DNA of 63,308 nucleotides, the filler included, from Nitrospinota bacterium (GTDB lineage: Bacteria > JAUXIQ01): assembly GCA_030620925.1 (NCBI GenBank). It is 13 parts of 13 records of this genome, joined end to end, with 100 filler letters (N's around TTAATTAATTAA, not from the genome) between each part and the next. Parts side by side here need not be neighbours in the genome. Positions count along the whole stretch, not along the records: positions 18,756 to 21,961 come from JAUXIQ010000349.1; positions 22,062 to 26,194 come from JAUXIQ010000251.1; positions 26,295 to 32,203 come from JAUXIQ010000146.1; 10 more parts are not named here. One strand, 5' to 3'. The notes beneath the pieces are model-generated. The model did not search any database. It saw nothing but the letters and a program-made list of their open reading frames with translations, and was not told where the DNA came from. Positions within the stretch are counted from its first letter, which is position 1. Every line of letters begins with the position of its first letter. Positions 19,039 through 29,570 of this stretch are shown here, piece after piece. Made by a program: the position numbers and the translations under genes.

Positions 19039-21690
19039 TTACTCGCGAAGTATCCCGGCGGCGTCTTTAAGCCCGGCATGGGCTGCCGCCAACCGGGCCA
19101 CCGGAACCCTATATGGTGAACAACTCACGTAATCGAGCCCCAGTTGGTAACACAGCTCGACCGACTTGGGGTCTCCGCCGTGCTCGCCGCAAATACCGAT
19201 CTTCAGATCCTTTTTTGTCATCCGGCCCTTTTCCACCCCTATGCGCATCATAGTTCCCACGCCGTCGGGGTCTATGGTCACGAAGGGATCATTTTGAAGA
19301 AAACCTTTCTCAACATAGTATGGCAGGAACTTACCCGCATCGTCCCGGCTGAGACCGTAGGTCATCTGGGTGAGATCGTTGGTTCCGAAAGAGAAAAATT
19401 CCGCTTCCTCGGCCACCTTATCAGCGGTGAGAGCGGCTCTGGGAAGTTCTATCATGGTCCCTACCAGATATTTGACATTGACTTTTTTCTCCGCCATCAC
19501 CTCTTCCGCCACTCGATTCACCAGCTCCCTGGTAAATCTGAGTTCGTTGACGTGCCCCACCAGCGGTATCATGACCTCAGGGATTACCGTGAAACCCTCA
19601 TTCACCAGCTCGCAGGCGGCCTCGAATATGGCCCTGGCCTGCATTTCATATATCTCAGGATAAGTTATCCCCAGCCGGCACCCCCGATGGCCCAGCATGG
19701 GGTTCGCCTCCCTCAGGTTCTCCACCTTTGCCTTCATCTCTTCCAGCGACATACCCATTTCAGTAGCCAGCTCCTGCTGTTCGTTTTTACCCTGGGGTAA
19801 AAACTCGTGGAGAGGAGGGTCCAGAAGCCTGATGGTTATCGGCAAATCCTGCATAACTATGAAAATTTCCTTAAAATCACCCCGCTGCATAGGGAGCAGC
19901 TTCTCCAGGGCCCTCTTTCTGCCTTCGGTGGTATCGGAGAGTATCATCTCCCGCATGGCTTTTATGCGGCCGCCGAAGAACATGTGTTCGGTGCGACAGA
20001 GCCCTATGCCCTCTGCGCCGAAATCCCTGGCCACTTCCGCGTCGTGGGGGTTATCGGCGTTAGCCCTCACCTTAAGCGTCCTTATCTCGTCGGCCCATTT
20101 CATGAGGATGGCGAATTTCCCGCTCAGCTCCGGCCGCACCAGGTTAACCTGTCCCAGGATGACTTCTCCGGTGGTTCCGTTGATGGTGATATGGTCACCT
20201 TCATTCACCACCACTTTACCCCTGGCCGTGAATTCACCGCGCTCCTCATTCACCTTGATCTCTTCGCAGCCGACCACGCAGCATTTGCCCATCCCTCTGG
20301 CCACCACGGCGGCGTGCGATGTGATCCCACCCCGGGTGGTGAGAATCCCTTGAGAGGCGTTCATCCCCCCTATATCCTCCGCCGAAGTCTCCGTTCTGAC
20401 TAGTATGACCTTCTCTTTCTCGGCCGCCAACTCTTCCGTCTTCTCCGCGTTGAACACCACCTTCCCCACGGCGGCGCCAGGTGAAGCGGCCAGTCCTTTG
20501 GCGATAACTTCTAAGTCTGCATCAGGGTCAACAGTGGGAAACAGAAGATGATTAATCTGCTCCGGCTGTACGCGGGTGACAGCCTCCCGCCTGTCGATCA
20601 GGCCCTCGTTGACCATATCCACGGCTATACGCACCGCTGCGGCGGCGGTACGCGCCCCGGTCCTGGTCTGCAGTATGTAGAGCTTCCCATCCTGTATGGT
20701 AAATTCCATATCCTGGACGTCCCTGTAATGTTTCTCCAGGTTGTCGCCGATGGAGTCGATTTGCCGGTAGATATCAGGCATGTACTCCTTCAGATTCGCT
20801 ATTTCCTCGGGGGTGCGTATCCCGGCAACCACGTCCTCACCCTGGGCGTTGATCAGGAATTCCCCGTATAGTTTCTTCACCCCGGTGGCAGGGTCTCTGG
20901 TAAAAACCACGCCGCTCCCCGAGTTGTCGCCCATGTTGCCGAATACCATGCTCTGCACGTTTACCCCCGTGCCTATGTCGTCGGGCAAGCTGTGCAGACG
21001 GCGATAGGTAACGGCCCTGGGGGTATTCCACGAATTAAAGACGGCGTTTATTCCCATGCTTAACTGCTCCATGGGGTCTTCCGGGAAAGGTTTGCCTGTC
21101 TTCTCTTTGACCAAATTTATAAACTGAACCACAATGTCCTGGAGGGCCTGAGCGTCGAGCTCAGTATCGTTTTTCACCCCCAGCTCCTCTTTCTTCTTTT
21201 CGAGTAGTTCTTCGAAAAGGGAATGCTCTACACCCAGCGCCACGTCCCCGAACATGGTTACGAATCGTCGATAAGCGTCATAGGCAAAGCGCTGGTTATC
21301 CGACTTCTTGATTAACCCCTGGATGGTATGGTCATTGAGCCCTATGTTAAGCACGGTATCCATCATTCCCGGCATGGACACCCTCGCACCCGAACGGACG
21401 GAAAAAAGGAGCGGGTTTTCCGGATCACCGAAGCGAGCCCCCATCTCCTCCTCCACCCTGTTCATATTTGCCCGCACCTCTTCCCACAGGCCCTGGGGCA
21501 TTTTCCTGCCCAGGCGGAAATATTCCATGCAAACTTCCGTAGTAACCGTAAATCCGGGTGGAACCGAAATGCCCAGGTTGCTCATCTCCGCTAAATTGGC
21601 CCCCTTTCCACCCAGGAGGCCCCTCATCTGGGCGTTTCCTTCCGTTCCGTCGGCTCCGAAGTAGTAGACATATTTTTGACCCATCAACAT
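19039..21690 (-). CDS. ppdK: Pyruvate, phosphate dikinase
   Basis: [42 protein letters not shown] and GICGEHGG. Confidence 0.98.
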   Translation of the reverse strand: MLMGQKYVYYFGADGTEGNAQMRGLLGGKGANLAEMSNLGISVPPGFTVTTEVCMEYFRLGRKMPQGLWEEVRANMNRVEEEMGARFGDPENPLLFSVRSGARVSMPGMMDTVLNIGLNDHTIQGLIKKSDNQRFAYDAYRRFVTMFGDVALGVEHSLFEELLEKKKEELGVKNDTELDAQALQDIVVQFINLVKEKTGKPFPEDPMEQLSMGINAVFNSWNTPRAVTYRRLHSLPDDIGTGVNVQSMVFGNMGDNSGSGVVFTRDPATGVKKLYGEFLINAQGEDVVAGIRTPEEIANLKEYMPDIYRQIDSIGDNLEKHYRDVQDMEFTIQDGKLYILQTRTGARTAAAAVRIAVDMVNEGLIDRREAVTRVQPEQINHLLFPTVDPDADLEVIAKGLAASPGAAVGKVVFNAEKTEELAAEKEKVILVRTETSAEDIGGMNASQGILTTRGGITSHAAVVARGMGKCCVVGCEEIKVNEERGEFTARGKVVVNEGDHITINGTTGEVILGQVNLVRPELSGKFAILMKWADEIRTLKVRANADNPHDAEVARDFGAEGIGLCRTEHMFFGGRIKAMREMILSDTTEGRKRALEKLLPMQRGDFKEIFIVMQDLPITIRLLDPPLHEFLPQGKNEQQELATEMGMSLEEMKAKVENLREANPMLGHRGCRLGITYPEIYEMQARAIFEAACELVNEGFTVIPEVMIPLVGHVNELRFTRELVNRVAEEVMAEKKVNVKYLVGTMIELPRAALTADKVAEEAEFFSFGTNDLTQMTYGLSRDDAGKFLPYYVEKGFLQNDPFVTIDPDGVGTMMRIGVEKGRMTKKDLKIGICGEHGGDPKSVELCYQLGLDYVSCSPYRVPVARLAAAHAGLKDAAGILRE

Positions 21691-21790
21691 CTCCCCTACG
21701 CTGACTTATCGTCTGGTGTCCATGATATTGAATGTTATAAGAATAAAAAAAATCTCTCGCTCATTCCACATAAATTAAACCGCCCGCAGG

Positions 21791-21961
21791 TCATCCGCTG
21801 ACCACCACCTCGGAAAAATCGGCCACGGCCGTAAAGAGGTCGGCCACCTTGCACAGCATTGCCAGACGATTGCGCCGCAACTCCTGGTCTTCTGCCATGA
21901 CCATGACGGAGTCGAAAAAACAGTCGACCGTGTCTTTCAATTCCGCTATTGCGGCCAGGGC
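21791..21961 (-). CDS. glyS: Glycine-tRNA ligase beta subunit, C-terminal fragment (second allele)
   Basis: Near-identical to 36124-36294 (FFDSVMVMAEDQELRRNRLA...ADFS); cut by the contig end. Confidence 0.92.
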   Translation of the reverse strand, partial: ALAAIAELKDTVDCFFDSVMVMAEDQELRRNRLAMLCKVADLFTAVADFSEVVVSG

Positions 21962-22252
21962 NNNNNNNNNNNNNNNNNNNNNNNNNNNNNNNNNNNNNNN
22001 NNNNNTTAATTAATTAANNNNNNNNNNNNNNNNNNNNNNNNNNNNNNNNNNNNNNNNNNNNAGACGAGCGGGTCCCGGCTGTGGCGGAGGTCGTGGACCT
22101 GCTGCTCTTGGTCTGTGAGCTTCGAGGCCATCACGGAGACATTCCGGCCGCTTCGGAGTGGTGCGGTTTTGGTGCGGTTCGTTGCATCAGGTTGCGTCCC
22201 GTTCGGTTGCTAAGTCCGCAGAATCCCGTCATTCCTCGTCGTCTTCTTCGTC

Positions 22253-22297
<45 letters not shown>

Positions 22298-22507
22298 ATT
22301 TTTTAAATTACTTACAGCGATTGCCTCTCACCTGATAATCCCTCTGGCTCAGGTTTTTGTTCCGGTTTCACACTAAATTTTTACGTTATAGCTCAACTCC
22401 TCATGGTTAATGTTCGAATAAGAATAATGATAGGGTGTGTTAAGCTCCATGCTGTCAAGAGACAGTTCGTTCCGGGCTGATAAAACCACTGCAAAGGATG
22501 AATAGCT

Positions 22508-23821
22508 GTGAGGAATCGAGGATCGTTAGGATTAGTACTTATTCTTTCTCTTTTTCTGGCTGCTCTCGGCACAGGGTGCAGAGCGGAACCTGTAGCAACC
22601 TTTAAGACGAAAGAGACTAGGCCGACTGATTTCCCTGACCGGGCGGTGTCTTTAAAAATCCTTCAAGAAAGGCTCAAAGCTTGTCAGAGGAAGGGGGCTT
22701 GCGATAAGAGCCTTCATCGACTTGCCGGTATAAACAGAGTAGAGGGCGTAATAGTAGATGAAGAAAACCAGGACCTGATACTTTATGGTGCGGTAGATGC
22801 AAATTCTCCTCCCCTTTACCTGGAAGATTTCGTGGTTGCCCTTCGTAACACCTGGCTGAAATATGCCATTCTGAAGGACAACACTTATTACTACTCTTAT
22901 CCCGGCTGTTCCATTGACCCCGATCCCCGGGTTATCGGGAAGCTCCAGACTGTCCATCAGCAGATTCTGGATAGCTCTTCATCCGGCGATATAGAAAGAT
23001 ATATCGAAGAATGGCACAGCGTTTGTCGTTCTCCACAGCAGGTTAGGGTTATGGGCATCCCCTTCGATACACGCTTTGCTTCGGTACTGGTGAAAGCCGA
23101 CTACGACATGAAGGGGTTGGCAGATGGCTATGACTCTATAGACATACCGGGATTCATCAGCCATACGGGCATAATTCTGGAAAAAGTAAAGAGTTACATT
23201 ATTAAAGACCAGCCGATATCCATTCCCCTTTCCAGCATTAATCGTTTCTGGTTCTACCCCGGTGAGAACCTGTACTTGGAAGACGAGGGAGTTGTAACCA
23301 TAAAACGGTCTCAGATCATCCTCCTCACAGAAGAGGAGCACCTGGCCGGGAAAGAAAAAATTGTCGGAAAGGGGCACCCTAACCCTCTGGCTCAGGAATT
23401 TGCAGAAAATTTCACTGCCAAATATGCTGAAATAGCAAAACTGAGGCCCATATATCACGAGCTCGAATCACTTTTCCGCTTTGTCGCCCTGGCCAGGATC
23501 ATCAAATTCAGGTCTCTCAATACTGAAGCCGGATTAGACCTGAGTTATCTTTTGGATTATTATTCTGTTCCAAAGATAGACGTCAGCCGGCATCTGCCGG
23601 GACGCTCCACCGTGGAGGAGTATATGCATCGCCGGAAACAGGATAGAGGCCACCTGATAACCCAGCTATGGCTTCCCAGTTGCGGCGGCGTAACAATGGC
23701 GATAAGAATTAGGCAAGATAACTTTATGAAGGATACTTCAAACGAGCTTTCATCGCTTAAAACAGCGGTGCTGAAGACCAGGCCTTCACCAGAGGCCCTT
23801 GCCTGGAATTTACGTCATTAG
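22508..23821 (+). CDS. DUF1598-like exported protein
   Basis: Signal or lipoprotein-like N-terminus (LGTGC); LEDFVVALR, GCSIDP, TRFASVLVKADYDMK and RFWF motifs recalled from DUF1598; lower GC than core genes. Confidence 0.65.
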   Translation: MRNRGSLGLVLILSLFLAALGTGCRAEPVATFKTKETRPTDFPDRAVSLKILQERLKACQRKGACDKSLHRLAGINRVEGVIVDEENQDLILYGAVDANSPPLYLEDFVVALRNTWLKYAILKDNTYYYSYPGCSIDPDPRVIGKLQTVHQQILDSSSSGDIERYIEEWHSVCRSPQQVRVMGIPFDTRFASVLVKADYDMKGLADGYDSIDIPGFISHTGIILEKVKSYIIKDQPISIPLSSINRFWFYPGENLYLEDEGVVTIKRSQIILLTEEEHLAGKEKIVGKGHPNPLAQEFAENFTAKYAEIAKLRPIYHELESLFRFVALARIIKFRSLNTEAGLDLSYLLDYYSVPKIDVSRHLPGRSTVEEYMHRRKQDRGHLITQLWLPSCGGVTMAIRIRQDNFMKDTSNELSSLKTAVLKTRPSPEALAWNLRH

Positions 23822-23958
23822 GTAAAAGTAGTGCCTCTCTCCCTTCCCCTTCAGTATTCTTAACCGGAAAAAGCCACTGTATCAAAGGAATCCGGTTTCG
23901 GTTAAAGGTCAATAATCATGCTTGACCATAATCCATCAAACTACAATGATTAGTTAAC

Positions 23959-24372
23959 TTATTGTCTTTGATCGAAATTGCACCCATTTACCTTTGCGTA
24001 TGTTACCGCCTCTCTGAACCGGTCAAGGACCCACCTCCTGTCCTTCCCGAGTTTTTTCTCTATCTGGATGTCTGAGACGGGACACGACACGTACAAGTTC
24101 CTTACTCTGCAGGAAAGCGACGCGTCTATGTCCTTTATAAACGCCGCCCTGTTCCAGGTAAACACACGCAAGTCACCCTTGAGGGATGCAACCGCCTCTA
24201 CCGCCTCGGCCTCGGGCCCGCCCATGACCGGGATTCCCGCCTCCACCTCTCTCACGCCCGCGCGGTACAGGAGGCGGGCTAAAGCGACCTTCTCCTCTAC
24301 GGTAAAGGCAACACCCGGGGACTGCTCGCCATCCCTAAGTGTGGTGTCAACAACAGTAACTCTAACTCCCAT
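23959..24372 (-). pseudogene. Truncated homocitrate synthase (NifV/LeuA family), N-terminal ~130 aa
   Basis: DTTLRDGEQSPGVAF, EAGIPVMG, WNRA and PVSDIQIEKKL; the frame ends long before the HxH metal motif. Confidence 0.8.
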
Positions 24373-24417
24373 AGACTCTCCGCGCTCTTACAAAAAGCGC
24401 TTCCTCCTATGATGTCC

Positions 24418-25197
24418 TCAGGGCCTCATGCTTATGCAGGCGAACACCCTGTGGTGGACTTCGAGCGGATCTTCCGGGAAACACTCTTCGAGAACCCTTT
24501 CTAGCTCCACATCGAACGAGGCGACCCTGTCGGGTACGAGGCTCGCCGATATAGGCGCGCTGGCCCTAACGCGCCCCCTCCATTGGACGTGCGAGTACTC
24601 CTCGAACGTATCGAAGGACCATGTCTCTATGTCCTTGAACCCGGCCACGGCCACGTCCGCGAGACACTGTGGGTGAAGTCCCGTCCCGTTGCCGAGCTTC
24701 CATTCGCTGTTGTGCTTCAGTATGAGATCCTCCGTGGCCATGACGACATTTCCCGGAAGCGGTATCCAGTCGAAGTGGCATATGACGAGCGTCCCGTCGG
24801 GCCTGAGGACCCTGAATATCTCACTTGCGGCCCTGGGCCTGTCGAACCAATGCCACGTCTGGCCTGCCGTTACCAGGTCGAACGACCCGTCTTCAAAAGG
24901 CGTTCGCTCTATCTTCCCTTCGAAGTAGCTGACCTTGACACCCGCCTTTTCGTCCAGCTCTCTGGCCTGCTCGAGCAGTTCCTTCGCTGGATCGAGCGCA
25001 GATACGCGTGCGCCCCTCCGCGCGAGCCCGCGTGCGAGAGTGCCGGTGCCCGTGCCCGCATCAAGGGCAGTTTGTCCTCGTATTCGAACGCCGGACTCTT
25101 CGAGCCTTGCGAAGAACTTCTCCGGGAAACCCTTCCTGTAACGTCCGTAATCCTCAGCCGTCTTTCCGAAATCTACCTTTATCTCCTTAATCTCCAT
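24418..25197 (-). CDS. Class I SAM-dependent methyltransferase
   Basis: VDFGKTAEDY, LDAGTGTG and FDLVTAGQTWHWFD; RBS GGGGAG before ATG 25197. Confidence 0.9.
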   Translation of the reverse strand: MEIKEIKVDFGKTAEDYGRYRKGFPEKFFARLEESGVRIRGQTALDAGTGTGTLARGLARRGARVSALDPAKELLEQARELDEKAGVKVSYFEGKIERTPFEDGSFDLVTAGQTWHWFDRPRAASEIFRVLRPDGTLVICHFDWIPLPGNVVMATEDLILKHNSEWKLGNGTGLHPQCLADVAVAGFKDIETWSFDTFEEYSHVQWRGRVRASAPISASLVPDRVASFDVELERVLEECFPEDPLEVHHRVFACISMRP

Positions 25198-25362
25198 CTC
25201 CCCCTTCTCGAAGTTGTCAAATATTCTTCGTCTCCGCCGCTCTGCCGGAGACTGCGGTACAGACGTTTGAACAAGTAACGCGTAATCACTTCTCAAGATA
25301 ATAATACCTGAGCCTCGCCGTGTAAACCCGCTTGGCGTTCAAACCCGGCGGGGCACCCCAGG

Positions 25363-25830
25363 GCCAGCCGTGACAAAGGCCCGAACGGCCCCGTCATGCC
25401 TGAGATCACGGATATTCTCGGAGTTGATGTTATCGAGCGCAAAGGCGAGATCAACGCCTGGGATGCCGATGAATTTCGGGAGGCAATCAAAAAGACGGGC
25501 CGCCAAAAAGTCATCATGGCGGGGATCGTAACCGATGTCTGCCTGATGTTTCCGGCGATTTCGGCCGTGGCAGATGGATACGACGTCTACGCCGTTATCG
25601 ATGCGTCCGGCACCTGGAACAAGACCATACAGGAAGCAGCCATGCATCGCATGTCACAAGCCGGTGTTAGGGTCTCCACCTGGGCTTCTGTGCTTGCCGA
25701 AATTATGAACGATTGGCGTACTCCCAAGGGCAACGAACTCGGTCAGATACTCGGTGGCCACCTTACATCCTATGGTTGGGTAATTAACAGTTTCTTCGCC
25801 AGCGAGGAAAAAGCATCACACGTCAATTGA
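25363..25830 (+). pseudogene. Isochorismatase-family (YcaC-like) hydrolase, 5' truncated
   Basis: GPNGPVMPEI, RKGEINAWD, AGIVTDVC and DASGT; the N-terminal segment with the catalytic Asp is missing. Confidence 0.75.
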
Positions 25831-25845
25831 GAGCCAGTCGGGAAA

Positions 25846-25933
25846 ATCCGATAACAGCATCAACCTGGTCACCTAACCCGTCGCGACCGGTAGGGATCGG
25901 CGGGTTAGGTGGCGGTTAACAGGCTCGTCAGAT
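25846..25933. other. attC-like imperfect long hairpin
   Basis: Perfect inner inverted repeat CACCTAACCCG/CGGGTTAGGTG, flanked by ..TAAC..CAAC on the left and GGTTAA..GTCAGAT on the right, 15 bp after a stop codon. Confidence 0.4.
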
Positions 25934-26031
25934 CACATAGGATTTTCTTTCCATTTGATCTGACCTTTACACCCAAAAACAGCTTCCCGAGTTTTTCAGC
26001 TGCCCTCTGGTTTTGTTTATTCATCTTTTAT

Positions 26032-26078
26032 CGGACTGCGAATCCGCGGGTCGCAGGTCGAATCCAGAGGGGCCTGCA
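26032..26078 (+). repeat. Degenerate second copy of the tRNA-Arg 3' half (att-like)
   Basis: CGAATCCGcgGGTCGCAGGT-CGAATCC aligns with 22256-22283 CGAATCCGtaGGTCGCAGGTTCGAATCC. Confidence 0.65.
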
Positions 26079-26296
26079 GATAATATCAATAATATAGGCC
26101 AGCCAAGCCGGCCTAAGTTTTCGTCTTCAACCCAAATTACTCCCATTTGTCTCAAGACAGTTGTTCCAGTTATGGGTTAAAAAGAAGGAACTTGNNNNNN
26201 NNNNNNNNNNNNNNNNNNNNNNNNNNNNNNNNNNNNNNTTAATTAATTAANNNNNNNNNNNNNNNNNNNNNNNNNNNNNNNNNNNNNNNNNNNNAC

Positions 26297-26377
26297 AGCG
26301 ACCACATAGTGCTCTCCGCCATTCAACCCGAAACAGTCGCTCAAAGGTTCACATCCGAAAACGATGATAAAAAATAG
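26297..26377 (+). CDS. remA: RemA/DUF370 family protein, C-terminal fragment
   Basis: Manual translation SDHIVLSAIQPETVAQRF; conserved position upstream of gmk. Confidence 0.85.
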   Translation, partial: SDHIVLSAIQPETVAQRFTSENDDKK

Positions 26378-26496
26378 TTGTCAGGATCTTTTTTAGCAAT
26401 TTTAAAAACTTAATGCCTAGCTAAAAGGATACTAGAAGATTAGCCCTTTGGATTATACTAGGGATAATGATTGGAGTATCTAAGAAAGGGGGGAAT

Positions 26497-26757
26497 ATGA
26501 CAGTTCAAGAGTTTGAGGAGAAAGTTTGGTCGATTGATACCATAAGAGTTGTGGTGCGAGCTAACGCTAACGATATCGTTGGTGACTATAGTTCCAAAAA
26601 TGCTACTACGGGAACATGGAGCCTTTCAGAGTGGTTGAGAAAAAAGGTTGAGCGGAAGCTCTCAGGTAAGGAAGTGAAAGTGATCGCTGGTGATGGTGAA
26701 GAACCGCACGGAAGAACGCTTTTGCGAACTATCAGAAGGAGCTACGAGCTTCGATAA
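26497..26757 (+). CDS. Small hypothetical protein (86 aa)
   Basis: RBS AAGGGGGG before ATG 26497; globular-looking sequence; lower GC than its neighbours. Confidence 0.7.
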   Translation: MTVQEFEEKVWSIDTIRVVVRANANDIVGDYSSKNATTGTWSLSEWLRKKVERKLSGKEVKVIAGDGEEPHGRTLLRTIRRSYELR

Positions 26758-26852
26758 AAAAGGCTAAGCGAATATGTCAAATATGGTTAATTTATTGCGA
26801 TAAGTAGGAAACCAAACCCCTCCCATAAAGTGCTGAACTTGGTTATAAAAAG

Positions 26853-27473
26853 ATGTTGGTAGAAAAGGGAAAAAAAGGTATCCTCTTCGTGGTTTCCGCC
26901 CCCTCAGGCGGCGGTAAGACCACCATCCTTAACCAGGCGGTAAAACTGTGCCCGAACCTTAACCGCTCCGTATCCTGCACCACCAGACCCCCGCGAAAGG
27001 ATGAAGCGGACGGTGAGGATTATCATTTCATCAGCGGACAAGAATTTAAGGCCATGGTTGAGGAGAGCGAGTTTCTGGAATGGGCGAAAGTATACGGACA
27101 CCTGTACGGAACCCCTCTGGAACCCATCAACGAAAAAATAGCCCAGGGCCTCGACGTGGCGCTGGCCATCGATATTCAGGGGGCCAGGAGCGTTAAAAAA
27201 CTATACTCCCAGGCCGTGTTTGTATTCATCATGCCACCCTCACTGGATGAACTGAAGAGACGGCTGAAGAACAGGCAAGGCGGCCCCGACCACTCCGACG
27301 CCGCCAGGCTGAAAAGTGCCGGCGAGGAAATTTCGACGGCCGTCGAATACGATTATATAATTGTCAACAACCATTTCGATGAATCGGTGGACCAGCTCAA
27401 GGCCATTATCGCCGCCGAACGACTCCGACGCAGCAGGTACATCATCCATACGGAGACGGATAAAAACGGCTGA
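26853..27473 (+). CDS. gmk: Guanylate kinase
   Basis: SAPSGGGKTT, TTRPPR, DGEDYHF and LYGT. Confidence 0.97.
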   Translation: MLVEKGKKGILFVVSAPSGGGKTTILNQAVKLCPNLNRSVSCTTRPPRKDEADGEDYHFISGQEFKAMVEESEFLEWAKVYGHLYGTPLEPINEKIAQGLDVALAIDIQGARSVKKLYSQAVFVFIMPPSLDELKRRLKNRQGGPDHSDAARLKSAGEEISTAVEYDYIIVNNHFDESVDQLKAIIAAERLRRSRYIIHTETDKNG

Positions 27474-27526
27474 CCACCTGAACGGATCAAAGGGCGCCAG
27501 GAGCGACCATAGCGGGGGATGAAAAG

Positions 27527-28717
27527 ATGTTAGAGGGAAAAGAGATAATTCTCGGCGTCACCGGCGGCATCGCCGCCTACAAGGCTGCTGAGATAGTTCG
27601 CCTGCTGATAAAAAAAGGCGCTAACGTCTCGGTGGTAATGACCGCCAACGCGCAGAAATTCGTCCATCCCCAAACTTTCCAGACCCTCTCCCGAAACCGC
27701 GTGGCCACAGAGATGTTCCCCGAGCAGGCTGAGATGGAGGAAAACCACATAGCGTGGGGAGTGAAGGCGAACCTGGCCCTGGTGGCTCCGGCCACGGCCA
27801 ACATCATAGGCAAGTACGCCAACGGCATCGCCGACGATTTCCTCTCCACCTTCCTCCTGGCCACCCGCGCCCCGATTATCATCGCACCGGCCATGAACCA
27901 CAACATGTACCTGCACCCGGTGGTCCAGGCCAACATTGAAAAACTAAAAGAACGGGGGGTCTACTTCGTGGAGCCCGAAACCGGAGAACTGGCCATGGAG
28001 GGAGAACATGGTACGGGCAGGCTGGCCGACCCGCAGACCATAGTGGAGGAAGCCGAAAAACTCCTCTCCCGGCGGGGTGACATGGCCGGAAAAAAAGTGT
28101 TGGTCACCGCCGGCCCCACCCTGGAACCCATAGACGCCGTGCGCCACATCTCCAACCGTTCCTCAGGCAAAATGGGGTTCGCCGTTGCCCGCGCCGCTGC
28201 GGAGCGGGGAGCCGCGGTTACCCTCATCTCAGGGCCTACCTGGCTCAAGCCGCCGCCGGGAACGGAATTCATCCCGGTGACCACCGCCCTGGAGATGCGG
28301 GAACGCGTGCTGGAAAATTTCGATTCGGCGGACATACTGGTAAAATCGGCCGCCGTGGTGGACTTCAGGCCCCGGCAGAAGACGAACAAGAAGATCAAGA
28401 AGGAAAAGGCCGACCTCACGGTGGAGCTGGAGCGAAACCCCGATATTCTGGCAGAGGTGGGAGCCCGTAAGGGAAGCTGCATTCTGGTGGGCTTCGCCGC
28501 TGAAACCAGCGACCTTACTGAATACGGCAAAAAGAAACTGAAAGAAAAGAACCTCGACCTCATAGTAGTTAATGACATCAGCAACTCCGACATCGGCTTC
28601 GGCTCCGATGATAATATGGTGATGCTCATGGACAGAGAAGGCGGTGTGGAAGAGCTCCCTAAAATGTCGAAGAACAACCTGGCCGATCACATACTGGACC
28701 GAGTGATGAAACTTTAG
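27527..28717 (+). CDS. coaBC: Phosphopantothenoylcysteine decarboxylase/ligase
   Basis: GVTGGIAAYKA, APATAN, PAMN, NRSSGKMG and GFAAET. Confidence 0.97.
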   Translation: MLEGKEIILGVTGGIAAYKAAEIVRLLIKKGANVSVVMTANAQKFVHPQTFQTLSRNRVATEMFPEQAEMEENHIAWGVKANLALVAPATANIIGKYANGIADDFLSTFLLATRAPIIIAPAMNHNMYLHPVVQANIEKLKERGVYFVEPETGELAMEGEHGTGRLADPQTIVEEAEKLLSRRGDMAGKKVLVTAGPTLEPIDAVRHISNRSSGKMGFAVARAAAERGAAVTLISGPTWLKPPPGTEFIPVTTALEMRERVLENFDSADILVKSAAVVDFRPRQKTNKKIKKEKADLTVELERNPDILAEVGARKGSCILVGFAAETSDLTEYGKKKLKEKNLDLIVVNDISNSDIGFGSDDNMVMLMDREGGVEELPKMSKNNLADHILDRVMKL

Positions 28718-28785
28718 CCTCCGATCGGCTCAATTTTTTTCAGGGACGTCTCTGTGGGGCGATGCAGCCAGCCGGTTAAAAGCGA

Positions 28786-29463
28786 ATGGAAGCGGAACTC
28801 AGAAAACTCATTGAAGAAACCAGGAAGAACGTAGCCTACCTCCAGGAGGTGGGGGTAGAATCCGTTCCCGTAAGCCGAAGGAAGACCAAGCCCGTGGATA
28901 AGCTCTCCCTGGAAGACGTACGCAGAGAATTGGGGGATTGCACCCGCTGCCACCTCCACCAGAGCAGGACCAACCTCGTCTTCGGCGTGGGGAACCCCCA
29001 TGCAGACCTCATGTTCATAGGCGAGGCCCCGGGGCGGGATGAAGACCTGCAGGGAGAACCCTTCGTGGGCAGGGCGGGCCAATTGCTCACCGACATCATC
29101 AGGGCCATGGGTCTATCCAGGGAAGACGTCTATATAGCCAACATCATCAAGTGCCGCCCACCCGATAACCGGAACCCCTCCCGCGACGAGGCCGAGACCT
29201 GCCAGCCCTTCCTGTACAAGCAGATCGCCGCCATCAAACCAAAGGTCATCTGCACCCTGGGAAACATCCCCGCCCAGACCCTCCTCAACACCAAGCAGGG
29301 AATAACCAGGATAAGGGGCAAAATGCACGATTATAAAGGCATAAAGGTCATGCCCACTTTTCACCCGGCTTACCTCTTGCGAAGCCCCGGGGAGAAATCC
29401 AAAGTCTGGGAAGACATGAAACAGGTCATGAAAGAGCTCGGCCTCAAGCCCCCCGGCAGGTAG
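28786..29463 (+). CDS. Uracil-DNA glycosylase family 4
   Basis: CTRC, GEAPG, PFVGRAG, KCRPPDNR and FHPAYLLR. Confidence 0.95.
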   Translation: MEAELRKLIEETRKNVAYLQEVGVESVPVSRRKTKPVDKLSLEDVRRELGDCTRCHLHQSRTNLVFGVGNPHADLMFIGEAPGRDEDLQGEPFVGRAGQLLTDIIRAMGLSREDVYIANIIKCRPPDNRNPSRDEAETCQPFLYKQIAAIKPKVICTLGNIPAQTLLNTKQGITRIRGKMHDYKGIKVMPTFHPAYLLRSPGEKSKVWEDMKQVMKELGLKPPGR

Positions 29464-29570
29464 TTGCAGGGAACCCATCCGTAACCCGCCATGGAGTCAG
29501 GTTCGACCGCCCCCGTAAACATTCATCATACCAAACCCCTCGCTCCGCGGGAGGGCACCCCCGCTTTTAA

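Noticed and set aside
23959-24372. Evidence for nitrogen fixation from the NifV-like gene
   Set aside because: It is a truncated fragment in an island, with no other nif genes in the window.
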